64,000 bases of DNA from NCBI GenBank assembly GCA_963681965.1, contig OY820579.1:384001-448000 (forward strand), written 5' to 3'. This document shows positions 11,701-22,175 of the stretch, in pieces. The notes beneath the pieces were generated by a model. That model had not been told where the DNA came from and searched no databases. It was given only the letters and a program-made list of their open reading frames with translations. The DNA comes from a bacterium (GTDB lineage: Bacteria; Electryoneota; JAOADG01). Positions within the stretch are counted from its first letter, which is position 1. Each line of letters opens with the position of its first letter. The position numbers and the translations under genes were made by a program.

Positions 11701-14700
11701 GCATCCGTTACCCAAATTCCGTATTCGACATTGTTCGTACCGGAAGAAGTATCGACCAGCGAAATTCCATCGAAAGTGATCCAGTCGGCGCCAGCCAATT
11801 TTATCATATAATCGGTTGTAGCACTGGTTCCGGGTGTGGAGATCGTAACGGTACCGGTTTCTTTCTGGAAGACAACTTGGTTCTCTTCGCTTACATTCGC
11901 GATCGTATTCGGAATCGTTATCGCTTCGTAATACGTTCCCGGTCGGATGTTAAACGTAACGCCCCCGGCACCGACACCTGCCAATTGCATTCCTGCTATG
12001 GCTGCAGCAAAGCTTGCGAAACTCGGATTGGCGCCACCGATCGTTTTTATACCAGCCAACGGGGGTAAATAAGTACGGAACGACCAGACACCACTCGAAG
12101 AGGTTAAACCGGTATTGTTATGCGCTACAACTTTCCAATAATACCATGTTCCTTCGGGTGGGTTCGACAGATTGTAGCTGGTCGTCGTAGTTGCCGAAAG
12201 TACTCGAGCGCCTACTACCGAATTTTGAACATCGGTTAAGGTTGTCGACAAGTACACGTCAACATTCGTGGTTCGAGCGCCGATCGACCAATTTAAAATT
12301 ATCGGATTGTCGGAGATATCTGTCAAACCATTGCCGGGACTCGTTAATGTGGGGGCTTCCGGAGCCGATGCGCTGACAAACGTGCCTTCATCGGCACCGA
12401 TATCCGGCGTTTCACTTCGAGTGTCACCCTCGATATCGGTAGTAATCCAGGCGATCTGCTGAGCAGTGTTTTCCACCGGAGTTGCAGATAGATTCGTACC
12501 GATTAGCAAATTATAAGGTGCTGTCACACTTGAGTAAACCGGATCAGTCGAGGCAGATGCATTGTCTTGTCCAGTGGCAGTTTGCCAATTTCCCAACGTC
12601 GCTTGATCCGCACTATAGTATCCCACAAAACCATTGGTAGTATTGGGAATATAAAAGACATTGTTGTTGGATGAAGTAATGGTTCCACCACTCCGGTACA
12701 CGCCGTAATGCTTTGCCGTGGTTGGAGTCATCGCAGAATTGTAAAAAATGTTGTTCCGCATATTGATCGATGTCGCAGTGCTAAAGTAAACACAAGCACT
12801 GTTATACCGATCGTTTGTCGGATTGATCGCATCGATAAGATAGCTGTTGTTATCAAGATACAATGTACTGATCGATGAGATATATGTCCCGTAGATATAA
12901 AATGACGCGATCGCACTGGCATTCGTCGAAGTCGATTTCAAGCCGTAGATCATGTTGTTGTAGATCCGCATTTCGGTAACAGTTGTACCGGAAGTGACAT
13001 AGATACCGTACTTCACGTACCGGGTAGTCGTGATACTGTTACTGGCATTATTGAAAATCCGGTTACCGTTAATCTTGGGTATGCCGTATGCGGTCGTGAT
13101 GTAGATATCGTAGCTAGTAATACCGGTAGTATTGTGATTCGTTATATCGAGATCGTGCACCCAGAAATTTTCTTGACTGTCGAGATAGATCGCATAGGTA
13201 CCCGAAATTGAATCTTGTCCGACAACCATTCGACCGGTAAAACCTAAACCCTGTTCCGTACTTCCGATTTCGTTATCGAGATCACGGTAAGTACTGCTTC
13301 CCTGACCGATATAGATGCCGTAATAACACTTCCCAATTTTCAGATTCAGATATCGGTTGTAACTTTGAGTACCGGCAGTAGTTGTTGCCGAAGTAGTACT
13401 ATATTGTCTGATTCCGTACGTGGTCGATAATGGATGCAGGGTAATCGAACAATTCTGAATCGTATTGTGTTGCGCACCATCGGTACCACCGACATCGGTT
13501 AACCAGTAACCGTATTCGATCTTGTAGGTCGATGAAGTAGAAGTATCGACCAGCGATATTCCATCGAATGTAACCCAATCGGTCCCAGCAATTTTTACCA
13601 TATAGTCGGTAGTGCCGGATGTTCCGGGAGTCGAAATCGTCACGGCTTCCAATTCCGGCTGAAAAATTACTTGATTGGATTCACTCACATTGGGAATATT
13701 CTGAAGTAGGATCGATTCGTAATAAGTTCCTCCGCGGACATTAAAAGTAACTCCTCCATCAGCAACGCCGCCCATCTGCAATGCCAGCACTGCCGAAGCA
13801 AAGTTGGGGAAATCCGCGTCGGCACCTCCGATCGACATCATCCCCGAAAGCTGTTGAAAAGTATTGAAAGACCGAATCAAACCGGGAGTAACTTCTAATG
13901 TCGTTGAATTTCGTGCAACTACTCGCCAATAGTACATTTGATTATTTGATATCGGTGCGTTAAACGTGGTTGCCGTAATTCCGCTCGCAATACGAGCAGT
14001 GCTGTTCATCGTAACCACACTTGATTGATTCGTCGATAAATAAATATCGAAATTATCGGTATTCGCTCCGGCAGTCCAACTTAATGCCGCTGTCGCAGTT
14101 GAAATTGAAGTTCCGTTAGCCGGACTGACAAGTGTCGCTGCACCGGGCAATGTTGCACTATTGGTAATATCGAGTTGCATATTCGGACGATTTAGCGATG
14201 CATAGTACGTGATTCCACCACTTGCAATCGTATTCCAACTCAAATTATCGGTGTAAAAATAAATGAATTTGTTCTCGGTCGTCGCGGTATAGTACCAATT
14301 GTTGCCGCCACTGACATCGGTGGTCACAAATGCGCGAAATAAAACCATTAAATTGTTAGAACCGGAATAAGTGAACGGTGTGGTAAAAGTGAATGTATAC
14401 CAGCCAACAGCAAGTGTCGGAGTGACTGTAGAATGATATACATTGGTCGCACCAACCGAGAATTGATTCCAATTCAGCGGCGATGGAAAACTTGCGGTTT
14501 CGGTTTCGGACATCCAGATATCGACGGTATCTTGTCCCGTTCCCGACCATGTCGCCGCAGTTCCGCAATACAGCGAGATTGAGTTAATCGTTCCTCTCAG
14601 CCCGATCTCGGCAGGGGTATAAATCGCAGCTCCACCGGAGTAGTGCCAGTACTTGTACAGTGGATATGATTGTCCAGTCGTACCGGTACCGATTGTCACA

Positions 14701-14918
14701 ATCGTGTTTAATTCGTCGGTGGAACTGGGTTGACGAATCACTTCGACAGGTAAATTGGTCCGATTTTGATTCGTCAATAAAGCGTTGTTGATTAACGCTT
14801 CATTTTGTTCCTTCTCATCAGAGGAAATCGTGGCAAAAGCCGGGGTGAGTAAGCAAATCGAGAGAAGCCAAAGAATCAGTACTTGAGTAATTACATATCG
14901 TTTCGAGAGCATTTTCAA
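8715..14918 (-). CDS. Giant exported surface protein with two tandem FN3-like + beta-helix modules, FN3 and Ig-like domains
   Basis: Signal peptide; two ~590-aa internal repeats ending TPDIGADEG; S/T/Y/N/G-rich; FN3-like W...GYRV motifs. Confidence 0.85.
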   Translation of the reverse strand: MKMLSKRYVITQVLILWLLSICLLTPAFATISSDEKEQNEALINNALLTNQNRTNLPVEVIRQPSSTDELNTIVTIGTGTTGQSYPLYKYWHYSGGAAIYTPAEIGLRGTINSISLYCGTAATWSGTGQDTVDIWMSETETASFPSPLNWNQFSVGATNVYHSTVTPTLAVGWYTFTFTTPFTYSGSNNLMVLFRAFVTTDVSGGNNWYYTATTENKFIYFYTDNLSWNTIASGGITYYASLNRPNMQLDITNSATLPGAATLVSPANGTSISTATAALSWTAGANTDNFDIYLSTNQSSVVTMNSTARIASGITATTFNAPISNNQMYYWRVVARNSTTLEVTPGLIRSFNTFQQLSGMMSIGGADADFPNFASAVLALQMGGVADGGVTFNVRGGTYYESILLQNIPNVSESNQVIFQPELEAVTISTPGTSGTTDYMVKIAGTDWVTFDGISLVDTSTSSTYKIEYGYWLTDVGGTDGAQHNTIQNCSITLHPLSTTYGIRQYSTTSATTTAGTQSYNRYLNLKIGKCYYGIYIGQGSSTYRDLDNEIGSTEQGLGFTGRMVVGQDSISGTYAIYLDSQENFWVHDLDITNHNTTGITSYDIYITTAYGIPKINGNRIFNNASNSITTTRYVKYGIYVTSGTTVTEMRIYNNMIYGLKSTSTNASAIASFYIYGTYISSISTLYLDNNSYLIDAINPTNDRYNSACVYFSTATSINMRNNIFYNSAMTPTTAKHYGVYRSGGTITSSNNNVFYIPNTTNGFVGYYSADQATLGNWQTATGQDNASASTDPVYSSVTAPYNLLIGTNLSATPVENTAQQIAWITTDIEGDTRSETPDIGADEGTFVSASAPEAPTLTSPGNGLTDISDNPIILNWSIGARTTNVDVYLSTTLTDVQNSVVGARVLSATTTTSYNLSNPPEGTWYYWKVVAHNNTGLTSSSGVWSFRTYLPPLAGIKTIGGANPSFASFAAAIAGMQLAGVGAGGVTFNIRPGTYYEAITIPNTIANVSEENQVVFQKETGTVTISTPGTSATTDYMIKLAGADWITFDGISLVDTSSGTNNVEYGIWVTDAGVLDGAQHNTFKNCSITLRAQSTTYGIRQYYTSTPSGLAGAQSYNKYLNLKIGKCYYGMYFYQTSSTYRDFETDIGSTVAGTNNPDRMVIGQDSIIGTYAVYMYNQENLTIHDLDITNHNANLASYDLYISTQGGSPKVYGNRIYNNTSYSTSTTRYAKYGMYISAGTALTDLRIYNNMIYGLKSTSANAGSIASFYIYGTYVSSVSTLNLDNNSYLIDATNPNNDLYNSACVYLSSGTSINMRNNIFYNASSTPTTAKHYGVYRSSSTITSSDNNVFYIPDNANGYVGYYTSDCAELTDWQNNTSMDQASSFGDPQFASIGSPAELHIADNMLTPVSNAGQSIAWVTTDLDGESRSATPDIGADEGIFGINDPSAPTDGNISDITFNSMRFNWTDIATDETGYRVMRSTDGINYTLLANLDVNANTYLDEGLPVTTHYWYRVYELHGLVVGPGYTSANGITGHAAAMANPTANPAIVSSGVPVTFTIDLTSTQAVTIDSVKISTNGSALAMMSYASGSLPGTATYTYSNSFTTMGTITYFCQAYYSLGIAATPLRYPTIGTVSGPLVVPAQTSGPDGSNYYYRTSLAVGGPVFAWRDIAATGTLLTGMSTYDDNGGAISLGTFTFPFYGSTVSGSIFASTNGNIQIGSTGSTSLTNAALPNSTLNAGAICLLWDDLKYGNTTPPPTYGTDFWIKSQNFSDSLFVVSYYAYRYNVPADTIAMQALIYNTGRIVVQYRTYIPSTTVLSATIGIQGATAGTNFLQYGSATTMTWPGNNFAIEYYRGVPNIAVSTSSINFGSSQANIAASQTVYVRSTGSLPLVVTNVTVPENVVPSWTSNTINAGDSLALLLTWTPIVEGSLSGNVVITSNAASSPTSIAVSGSSYILPGSPTVVIAYDVDNHNATITWVRPTGSITGYVVYRNLTGYFDPPTVGTLIATISDPMTTTYQDLGVTGSYYYRVKAYYSTESSSSIRSVDLPTTVKITPAKPVNQYRK

Positions 14919-15143
14919 TTCCTTTCGTCTTCGGAAACAGGTTACAATAACTAGTGATAACCTGTGAAATGCACAGTCTTACGATTCAGACAAACATTAA
15001 AAAATATAAGGCATGACTCACTTTTTAATTTTTCGAATATTCTTCAAATGAATACTGAATCGCCAATCGTTGACAGTGAAACCGAATGAGTGGTTTATTT
15101 GGTAAGTCGCTTACTTTAACAACAATATCGATGATTACCGACT

Positions 15144-15177
15144 GATAAATGGGCGCAAATTCATGCGCCCATTTATC
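15144..15177 (-). terminator. Probable terminator hairpin
   Basis: GATAAATGGGCGCA-AATTCA-TGCGCCCATTTATC perfect 14-bp stem 12 nt after the stop of 15190..20343. Confidence 0.65.
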
Positions 15178-15189
15178 TCGATTCATCAC

Positions 15190-18100
15190 CTACTTGACCA
15201 GAACCATCTTTTTCAGATCGCTGAAAGAACCGCTTTCGATCCGGTAGAAATACACGCCAGCATTGTGACGCAATCCATCAAACCGAACACTATGTCTTCC
15301 AGCGTTCAGATTCTGATTAACTAACTGCGCTACTTGTCGACCAAGAACATCAAACACGGTCAATTTCGTCATTCCGGATTTTGGAAGATCGAACCGCAGT
15401 TCGGTCGAGGGATTAAACGGATTCGGATAATTCTGGTAGAGTTTATATTCTTTCGGTATTGCCGATAACTCGTTATCGACACCCAGCGAAACCGAAATCA
15501 ACACTGCTACAGTAATCGGAGACGGGCACCCATTGTAAGTAAAGGTGAGTGCGTTTGCCATCCAGGTATTTAGCTGCTGTGAACTATCGATCGATAACAT
15601 CACCGATATTTCACCGATCGAATGTGGATCAATTGTATTCTGTTGTGGCGAAGCACTCATCCAAGGCGCCAGTACAGTTAAACTGTATTGAAGTGGTGCC
15701 GAACCGGTATTTTGGATGACTAAATTTTCCGAAAGTGTTTGTCCCGGTTCACCATACAAAACAAACGAATTCGGTGCCGTAAAGATCGGTCGCAGCATGA
15801 ACACGTCAAACGTATCGGTTCGACCAGAATCGATCTGAATTCCAGTGATGGTTGTGCGTGCAAAGCACGGTTTCACGGCAATTAAGTCGTACAAGCCGAC
15901 ATTTGCTTCGATCGTGTATCTACCCAGTGAATCGGTAATTGATGCATTTCTACCCACTGTGACGGTAACGCCTGCTACGGGCGGCATACCGGGAATCGAA
16001 TCGCGAACAACACCAGTAATAAAACCGGTTGCACCGTTTGCGAGATTACTTTCATCGGCACCGATATCGGGTACGGTTTCGCTTCGGATTTCGTTATCGA
16101 AATCGGTAATGATGCCAAACATCGGAACGGCATTCCCTTCGACTGATGATGTCGAGGTTGGATCGATATGTAAATCCGGTGGTTCCACAAATGGCGGCGC
16201 TTCATCGAACGAGTTGGCATCGTAGTTGTACCCAGCGGTTCGCGTCGCTTGCAAAGTGTTGTAATTCACTGAATTGTACCGGATAATGAAACGATTATCG
16301 GTATTAGATGTGTCGACGTTACTGAATAGATTGTGATCGCAATACGCATATGGCGTCGTTGATGTCGGGAGATAGACGCAGACATTGTAATAACTCGCCC
16401 CACCGCCGGTTCGCTCGTTCACAATGATATTGTTTGCGATCGAATCTTGCGATGCGGAACCGACATACAAACCATAGGAACTATAACTACCGGAAGTCGT
16501 TCCACCGATTCGAATCGTATTGTAAGCGATTCTGGCAAACTCCGATCCGACATATAGACCGTAGACTGATCCACCAGTCGCCGCGTCAAGATTGACAATA
16601 TTATTTGCGATCGTTCTACCCGGTCCATAATAGAGATACAAACCGTATACCGTTCCGGTCGCACTGGGAGTTAAATTATAAATCCAATTTCCGGTGAATA
16701 TTCCGTTGGTTCCGGTGGAACCGTAAATTCCGTATAGCGCGTTTGATGCCGCAGAAGTGCGATGAACCTGATTTCCATGCACTGTCGCCGACGTGAAATA
16801 ATAGAAATACATACCGTAATAGGTAAAGTCGACGACATCGTTGTTGGCGACATACCAGCCTGATAGCTGAGTCGTTGCCGATCCGCCGTAAAGATACATA
16901 CCGTAATAACCACCAGTTACCCGGCAGTTCACGATTGAATCGTTAGCGCATCCTGGAACGCCGGTTCGATAGTAGGCATAGATGTTCTTGTACGTAGATG
17001 TAGTACCCGTTATGGTGAGATTTAAGTTTTTCGCGACACAGTTATTCGTACCGGCATCATACCACAAAGTATAGTATCCATACGTACCGACGGCATTAAT
17101 CGAAATTAAATTTTGTCCCGGAAATGCAGGATCGCTGCCATCGAAAATAATATCGTCGGCATCGGAGAATTTAAACGCATAAGGTTGAGCTGAAGTACCG
17201 GTTTTATTGATAATTACGGCACTGGTATCGGCAGCTTTGAAACAAACCCGAGAAGTCGAACTACTTCCGATAGAGGTCAAAAATTCATTCGGCTCCTCAT
17301 TGTATGTTCCGCCACGAATCAGGAATGTAACGCCTCCCTGTCCGACACCAATATTGTTCAATGCATTAACGGCTTCCGTTATTGATACAAAATCGGGATT
17401 TACACCACCGATCGTTTTTGTTCCCATCAGGATCGTCGCAATATTATATGAATGAGGAGTCGTTGGGGGAATCGTACCCGGAGGATTTGCACCACTTCCA
17501 CCAAATGGAGAAGTGACGACATTTCCAGACGTATCCTGTGCCGCGATGTAATATTGAACCACGGCATTCATCGGGTAACCGGGGATTGTAAAGGTGTAGA
17601 GTGAATCTTGAATCGTTGTGGCATTTACGAAAGACCAAGTGGTTTCATTCGATCGTTTATGATACAATCGCGGGGCATTGGCACCAGTTGCAACTCCGAC
17701 ATTGTCGGTGATGATTGCAACTGCGGCTCGCGAGGTGGTTTCCTGCGTCCGTAGCAGCGGTTCGTGCGAGATCGAGGGTCTGATCATATCTTCCCCGGTG
17801 GCAAATAACCCTTCATCGGCACCAATATCCGGAGTCGTCGCATTTCTTGTTTCACCGTCGAAATCAGTGACGACATCGAATACCGGACGTCCAGCCGATT
17901 CCACGATTGTCGGTGAATTCAACGGAATATGAAGATTTGGGGGTGCAATAAAAGTCGGAGGAATATCGAGCGATTGAGCATCCCAGACATACCCGGGTGC
18001 CCCTCGAAGATCCGACAAGGTGTTGTATGTAATAGCATTATATCTGGCAACGTACAGGTTATCGGTGGTCGATTCGGTAACCGTTGACAGGATATTATTG

Positions 18101-20343
18101 TTGCTATATCCGAAGGGATTCGCGGGCATATACATTACAACATGGTATTGAGTTGTCGTGCCACCAGTCCGCTCGTTGATGAAGATGTTGTTGACAATCG
18201 TATCGGTGTTGGCAGCACTGCTGTACAGAGCGTAAGAATTGTAACTACCACCAGCCGTTCCGGCAATGCGCACAGTATTGTGGGCAATTTTCGCATAATC
18301 GGTGGTCACGTAAAGCCCGTACATCGCCCCACCGGTCGTTGCATCCAGATTGATCATATTGTTGGCAATCAGACGTCCAACACCAGCGGTACTATACAAT
18401 CCGTATGCCGATCCGGTGGCACTCGGTGTTAAATCGTAAACCCAGTTTCCGACAAAATTTCCGCTAGTACCGGTACTGGCATAAATTCCGTACAGCGCAT
18501 TCGCTGCTGCCGAAGTCCGGTGAACGCGATTACCAAGAATGGTTGCATTTGTAAAGTAGTACAAATACATACCGTAGTAGTTGAAGTCGACGATGTTGTT
18601 GTTCGCGATATACCAACCGGTATGTGATGCACTCGAGGAACCGTAGAGATACATTCCGTAATACCCACCGGTAATTTGACAGTTCATTACGGTATCGTTC
18701 GCACACGATCCGAGAGTGGTGGAATAGTATCCGTAAATCGGTCGGAACGTCGAAGTCGTACCACCCACAGTAATATTTACATTTTTGACTTTACAATTAT
18801 TACTCCCGGCATCGATCCAGAAACCGTATTGACCACTCGTTCCGGTTGCATTCACAGTCATGAAGTTGCGATCCGGTGCATCCGGGTGGCTGCCGTCGAA
18901 TACGATATTGTCCGCATTGGCGAATTTGAATGCATACGGTTGTCCGGTCGTTCCGGTTTTATTGATAATTACTCCGAGCGTATCGGCAACTTTAAAGATG
19001 GCAGGATTATTCGGACCGGTCGTAGCAGTTATCGATATCGAGTCCGGAGGTTCATTGTAAGTACCCCCTCGAATCATGAAGGTTACTCCCGTTCCCGTAC
19101 CGGCACCATTTAACGCCGAGATCGCATCGTGTATTGTGGCGTAATCCGGATCGGTTCCTCCAATCGTTTTCACACCTTCCAATCCCGGAGTATAGGACAT
19201 GAAAGTGAACACGGTGGATGCAAAGATGTCGGGTGGAGTAACGCCAGTATCGATCGCCACCACCCGCCAGTAATACCGCGTCGATTGCAACAGTGAATCC
19301 GGCGGATCGTAAAGTGATAACGTAGTATGACTGGCAACTCTGACACTACTATCGATGTTGGTTACCAGCGTCTGATCGGTTCCTAAATAAACATCGAAAT
19401 AATCGGTACAACTACCACCGGTCCATTGAAAATTAGTTGTTACTGGCACTTGCAGAGCATTATTCAAAGGTAAATTTAGCGATACGATGTTGCAGGGGAG
19501 GTAAAACAATATTGCAGTATTGTTTGTTGGCAATGGGGCACCGTAACCCAATGAATTAACGGCATTGGCACTTTGAATTCCGATCCCCGGAGCGGTCGAC
19601 CAATCGCCAGTTACATCCCGATATTGAAGTTTGATATTCCCGTTTGGATACAGAATAATTTGTGCCGAAACGCGACCGGCAGCAGTCGAATATTTAGCAA
19701 GACTATCGTAAGTGACAACGAACATTGTGTCCGGTGAAATGAATGATTCGTATCGGACCCGCGAGTTGCCTGCTCCGGAATAGGGATAGGTACACATATC
19801 GCCGCACCAGAAATAGATACCACGCGGTCCGGTCGGTTGCGGGAATGCATAAGTTCGAAGAGTACCGGCAGCGAGCGATTCAGTCAGGTGACCATTCGTG
19901 TTGATGTAGATGCTCGAAAGAGTACCACCGTACATCGGGAACGGAAACGGCAGGTTGATCGGTCCAACCGAGTTGTCATCACCGGTAGTGAACTCAGCGC
20001 TGGTCATCTGATGTGCAGCGGTAGTATGCTGAATCCAATTGAAGGTGGGTCCATCAGTTTCAGCTTGATCTTTAAATGCGTAACCAAAAGGATCGGGTCC
20101 ACCTGTCCGCATGATAACCGGATTTTCTTGATTTCGAAGAGCGACTTCTTCTTCGTACAATCGGTAAGCGGCGAGTTTTTCCTCGGGAGTAACTGCTTCA
20201 TTATTAAACATCCGATCGACGATCGCACGAAGTTGACTTTCAGTCTCGTTCGAAGCAGATTGAGCCGATAAGTTCACCCCGAAAAGCATATTCGAGAAGA
20301 TTAGTAACGAGGCGATCACAAAATAACTTCGCAATTTTAACAT
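15190..20343 (-). CDS. Giant secreted protein with two beta-helix modules, carboxypeptidase-regulatory-like/Ig domains and T9SS-type C-terminal domain
   Basis: Signal peptide; GGPDPFGY motif; two G(V/T)KTIGG...PDIGADE modules; YQNYPNPFNP...KKMVLVK. Confidence 0.85.
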   Translation of the reverse strand: MLKLRSYFVIASLLIFSNMLFGVNLSAQSASNETESQLRAIVDRMFNNEAVTPEEKLAAYRLYEEEVALRNQENPVIMRTGGPDPFGYAFKDQAETDGPTFNWIQHTTAAHQMTSAEFTTGDDNSVGPINLPFPFPMYGGTLSSIYINTNGHLTESLAAGTLRTYAFPQPTGPRGIYFWCGDMCTYPYSGAGNSRVRYESFISPDTMFVVTYDSLAKYSTAAGRVSAQIILYPNGNIKLQYRDVTGDWSTAPGIGIQSANAVNSLGYGAPLPTNNTAILFYLPCNIVSLNLPLNNALQVPVTTNFQWTGGSCTDYFDVYLGTDQTLVTNIDSSVRVASHTTLSLYDPPDSLLQSTRYYWRVVAIDTGVTPPDIFASTVFTFMSYTPGLEGVKTIGGTDPDYATIHDAISALNGAGTGTGVTFMIRGGTYNEPPDSISITATTGPNNPAIFKVADTLGVIINKTGTTGQPYAFKFANADNIVFDGSHPDAPDRNFMTVNATGTSGQYGFWIDAGSNNCKVKNVNITVGGTTSTFRPIYGYYSTTLGSCANDTVMNCQITGGYYGMYLYGSSSASHTGWYIANNNIVDFNYYGMYLYYFTNATILGNRVHRTSAAANALYGIYASTGTSGNFVGNWVYDLTPSATGSAYGLYSTAGVGRLIANNMINLDATTGGAMYGLYVTTDYAKIAHNTVRIAGTAGGSYNSYALYSSAANTDTIVNNIFINERTGGTTTQYHVVMYMPANPFGYSNNNILSTVTESTTDNLYVARYNAITYNTLSDLRGAPGYVWDAQSLDIPPTFIAPPNLHIPLNSPTIVESAGRPVFDVVTDFDGETRNATTPDIGADEGLFATGEDMIRPSISHEPLLRTQETTSRAAVAIITDNVGVATGANAPRLYHKRSNETTWSFVNATTIQDSLYTFTIPGYPMNAVVQYYIAAQDTSGNVVTSPFGGSGANPPGTIPPTTPHSYNIATILMGTKTIGGVNPDFVSITEAVNALNNIGVGQGGVTFLIRGGTYNEEPNEFLTSIGSSSTSRVCFKAADTSAVIINKTGTSAQPYAFKFSDADDIIFDGSDPAFPGQNLISINAVGTYGYYTLWYDAGTNNCVAKNLNLTITGTTSTYKNIYAYYRTGVPGCANDSIVNCRVTGGYYGMYLYGGSATTQLSGWYVANNDVVDFTYYGMYFYYFTSATVHGNQVHRTSAASNALYGIYGSTGTNGIFTGNWIYNLTPSATGTVYGLYLYYGPGRTIANNIVNLDAATGGSVYGLYVGSEFARIAYNTIRIGGTTSGSYSSYGLYVGSASQDSIANNIIVNERTGGGASYYNVCVYLPTSTTPYAYCDHNLFSNVDTSNTDNRFIIRYNSVNYNTLQATRTAGYNYDANSFDEAPPFVEPPDLHIDPTSTSSVEGNAVPMFGIITDFDNEIRSETVPDIGADESNLANGATGFITGVVRDSIPGMPPVAGVTVTVGRNASITDSLGRYTIEANVGLYDLIAVKPCFARTTITGIQIDSGRTDTFDVFMLRPIFTAPNSFVLYGEPGQTLSENLVIQNTGSAPLQYSLTVLAPWMSASPQQNTIDPHSIGEISVMLSIDSSQQLNTWMANALTFTYNGCPSPITVAVLISVSLGVDNELSAIPKEYKLYQNYPNPFNPSTELRFDLPKSGMTKLTVFDVLGRQVAQLVNQNLNAGRHSVRFDGLRHNAGVYFYRIESGSFSDLKKMVLVK

Positions 20344-21373
20344 TCTTTCCTCCAGTACTTCATCGCAGAATCAATACGGCGTTTCAACAATTATCTTCCC
20401 AGCGCTGCAGTCCCAATCGCTATTCAACTCAATATTAATAGCTTGGTTCCGACTGATCGAGCGAAGTTTAATTCATTGAATACTTTCTGAATGGATCCGA
20501 ATCAGATAGCATTTATTCTAACTACTCAGTCTCAAAACATAAACAAAAGGGATCTTGAAAAATTTCCAGCAACTTATGTGACCAGTTTCAAAGGTAATTC
20601 ACCGACATTGGTAAAAGTGATCCCGCTAGACTAGCATTCTAATGGATCAAGTTATCACAAAGAAATTTACAGTATGAACTTTTCAAAAGCAGTGTGGCGT
20701 TGTCATCGATTTAGCGAAAAGTTGAAAGAAGCATCGTTGAATTTATTGCTAATTACGCGATGTAAGTGCTTGAGTTTTGCAATTTCGTCGCAATAAACTC
20801 TCATAGTGAAAATTAACTTTTGTTTTTCTGGAGATCAAGTCAAATTTAAAAAATTATCAAAATCTTTTTTTTTTCGGCGTCTACTTTTGCATCATTGTAA
20901 CGAAGAAAGTTTTACAACATATTGGTAATTAATCTATTATATTATGTTGGGAGATGGCTTATCCGTTTTTCATTCAAGGATATGGGTGGATTTGTTTTTT
21001 AGAATATTATGTCCTCAACTCGGAATGAATAGTTCACAGTATAAATGTAATGCTCCCATCTCAGAGTGAAACAATCAAATCGCTTTCGCATTGCGCTTCT
21101 CTAATTCTTTTAATTTCATTTTCATTCTCGCGATTACATTACCTCATATATATGTATAGATGACCAATATTCAACACGATACGAGAAAGCTCAAATCATT
21201 TAAAAGAATATTTTTTTCCATATAGTGGGTCTAGGTGCAGCATTTGTAAACTTTTACAGCAGTCGGATGACGATCATTTGGTTTGCTATCGAAGCTGAGG
21301 AGGTGTCTAAAAATAGTACTTCTTAATTGCAACGGTGTCGCACCAAGATTACTTTTTGTACCTAGATCACACC

Positions 21374-22108
21374 TCACCGATTACCGACATCTTCCGGAGA
21401 AATTGTCTCTTCCGATGGTGAGGATGGCTTTTGAGGTTGATTAAAATTGGGAACAGTGCTGATTTGATCTGGTTCATAGACCCCTTGATTTTCACTCCAT
21501 GTTCGTTCCAGCGATGCTTGTCGCTCATACAAGTCCTCCGACTGTGCCAATCCCCCCTTTGCCTGCACATTATTGGGATCCAGCGACAACGCTTTTTGGT
21601 ACATCGCGATCGCTGAAGTGTAATCGTTCTCAAGTCGATACAAACTTGCAGCTTTTAAGTAATGATCGGAAGTGTTCGGATCAATGTGTATAGCTTGAAG
21701 CGCGATCAGTAATGCATTGTGATTGTCACCCAACACACGAAATAAATCGGATTGAAGTAACAGTGCCGGAATGTGATCCGGTTTGATGTGCAGTGCATCG
21801 ACGGTATACGACATTGCTTTCTGGAGTTGATTAATTTTTGAATAACACTGTGCAATTCCAGTAAGTGTAACGGGATTATTCGGTTGTTGTTGATCCGATT
21901 TCAGATATGCATTTAATGCATCGCCAAATTCGTTATTCGCGGCATAAGTATTCGCGCGAGCCAACCACGCTTCCGGCGTATCCGACAATCCTTTCCACCA
22001 ATAGAAAACGACGGTTGCCAGCAGTAACACACTTACCGGTACAACGATATACATATACCAATATTTATTCTTACCGCGTTTCGGAAGTTGGGGTGATAAC
22101 GTTAGCAT
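21374..22108 (-). CDS. Membrane-anchored TPR protein, paralog 3
   Basis: N-terminal TM helix, DTPEAWL then TPR helices; GGAG SD. Confidence 0.85.
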   Translation of the reverse strand: MLTLSPQLPKRGKNKYWYMYIVVPVSVLLLATVVFYWWKGLSDTPEAWLARANTYAANNEFGDALNAYLKSDQQQPNNPVTLTGIAQCYSKINQLQKAMSYTVDALHIKPDHIPALLLQSDLFRVLGDNHNALLIALQAIHIDPNTSDHYLKAASLYRLENDYTSAIAMYQKALSLDPNNVQAKGGLAQSEDLYERQASLERTWSENQGVYEPDQISTVPNFNQPQKPSSPSEETISPEDVGNR

Positions 22109-22175
22109 ATCGTCTCCAGACTGATATTCGATGTTGTGCTTAGTAGTGTTTATCGATTTGAAAAGCTCATATTAC

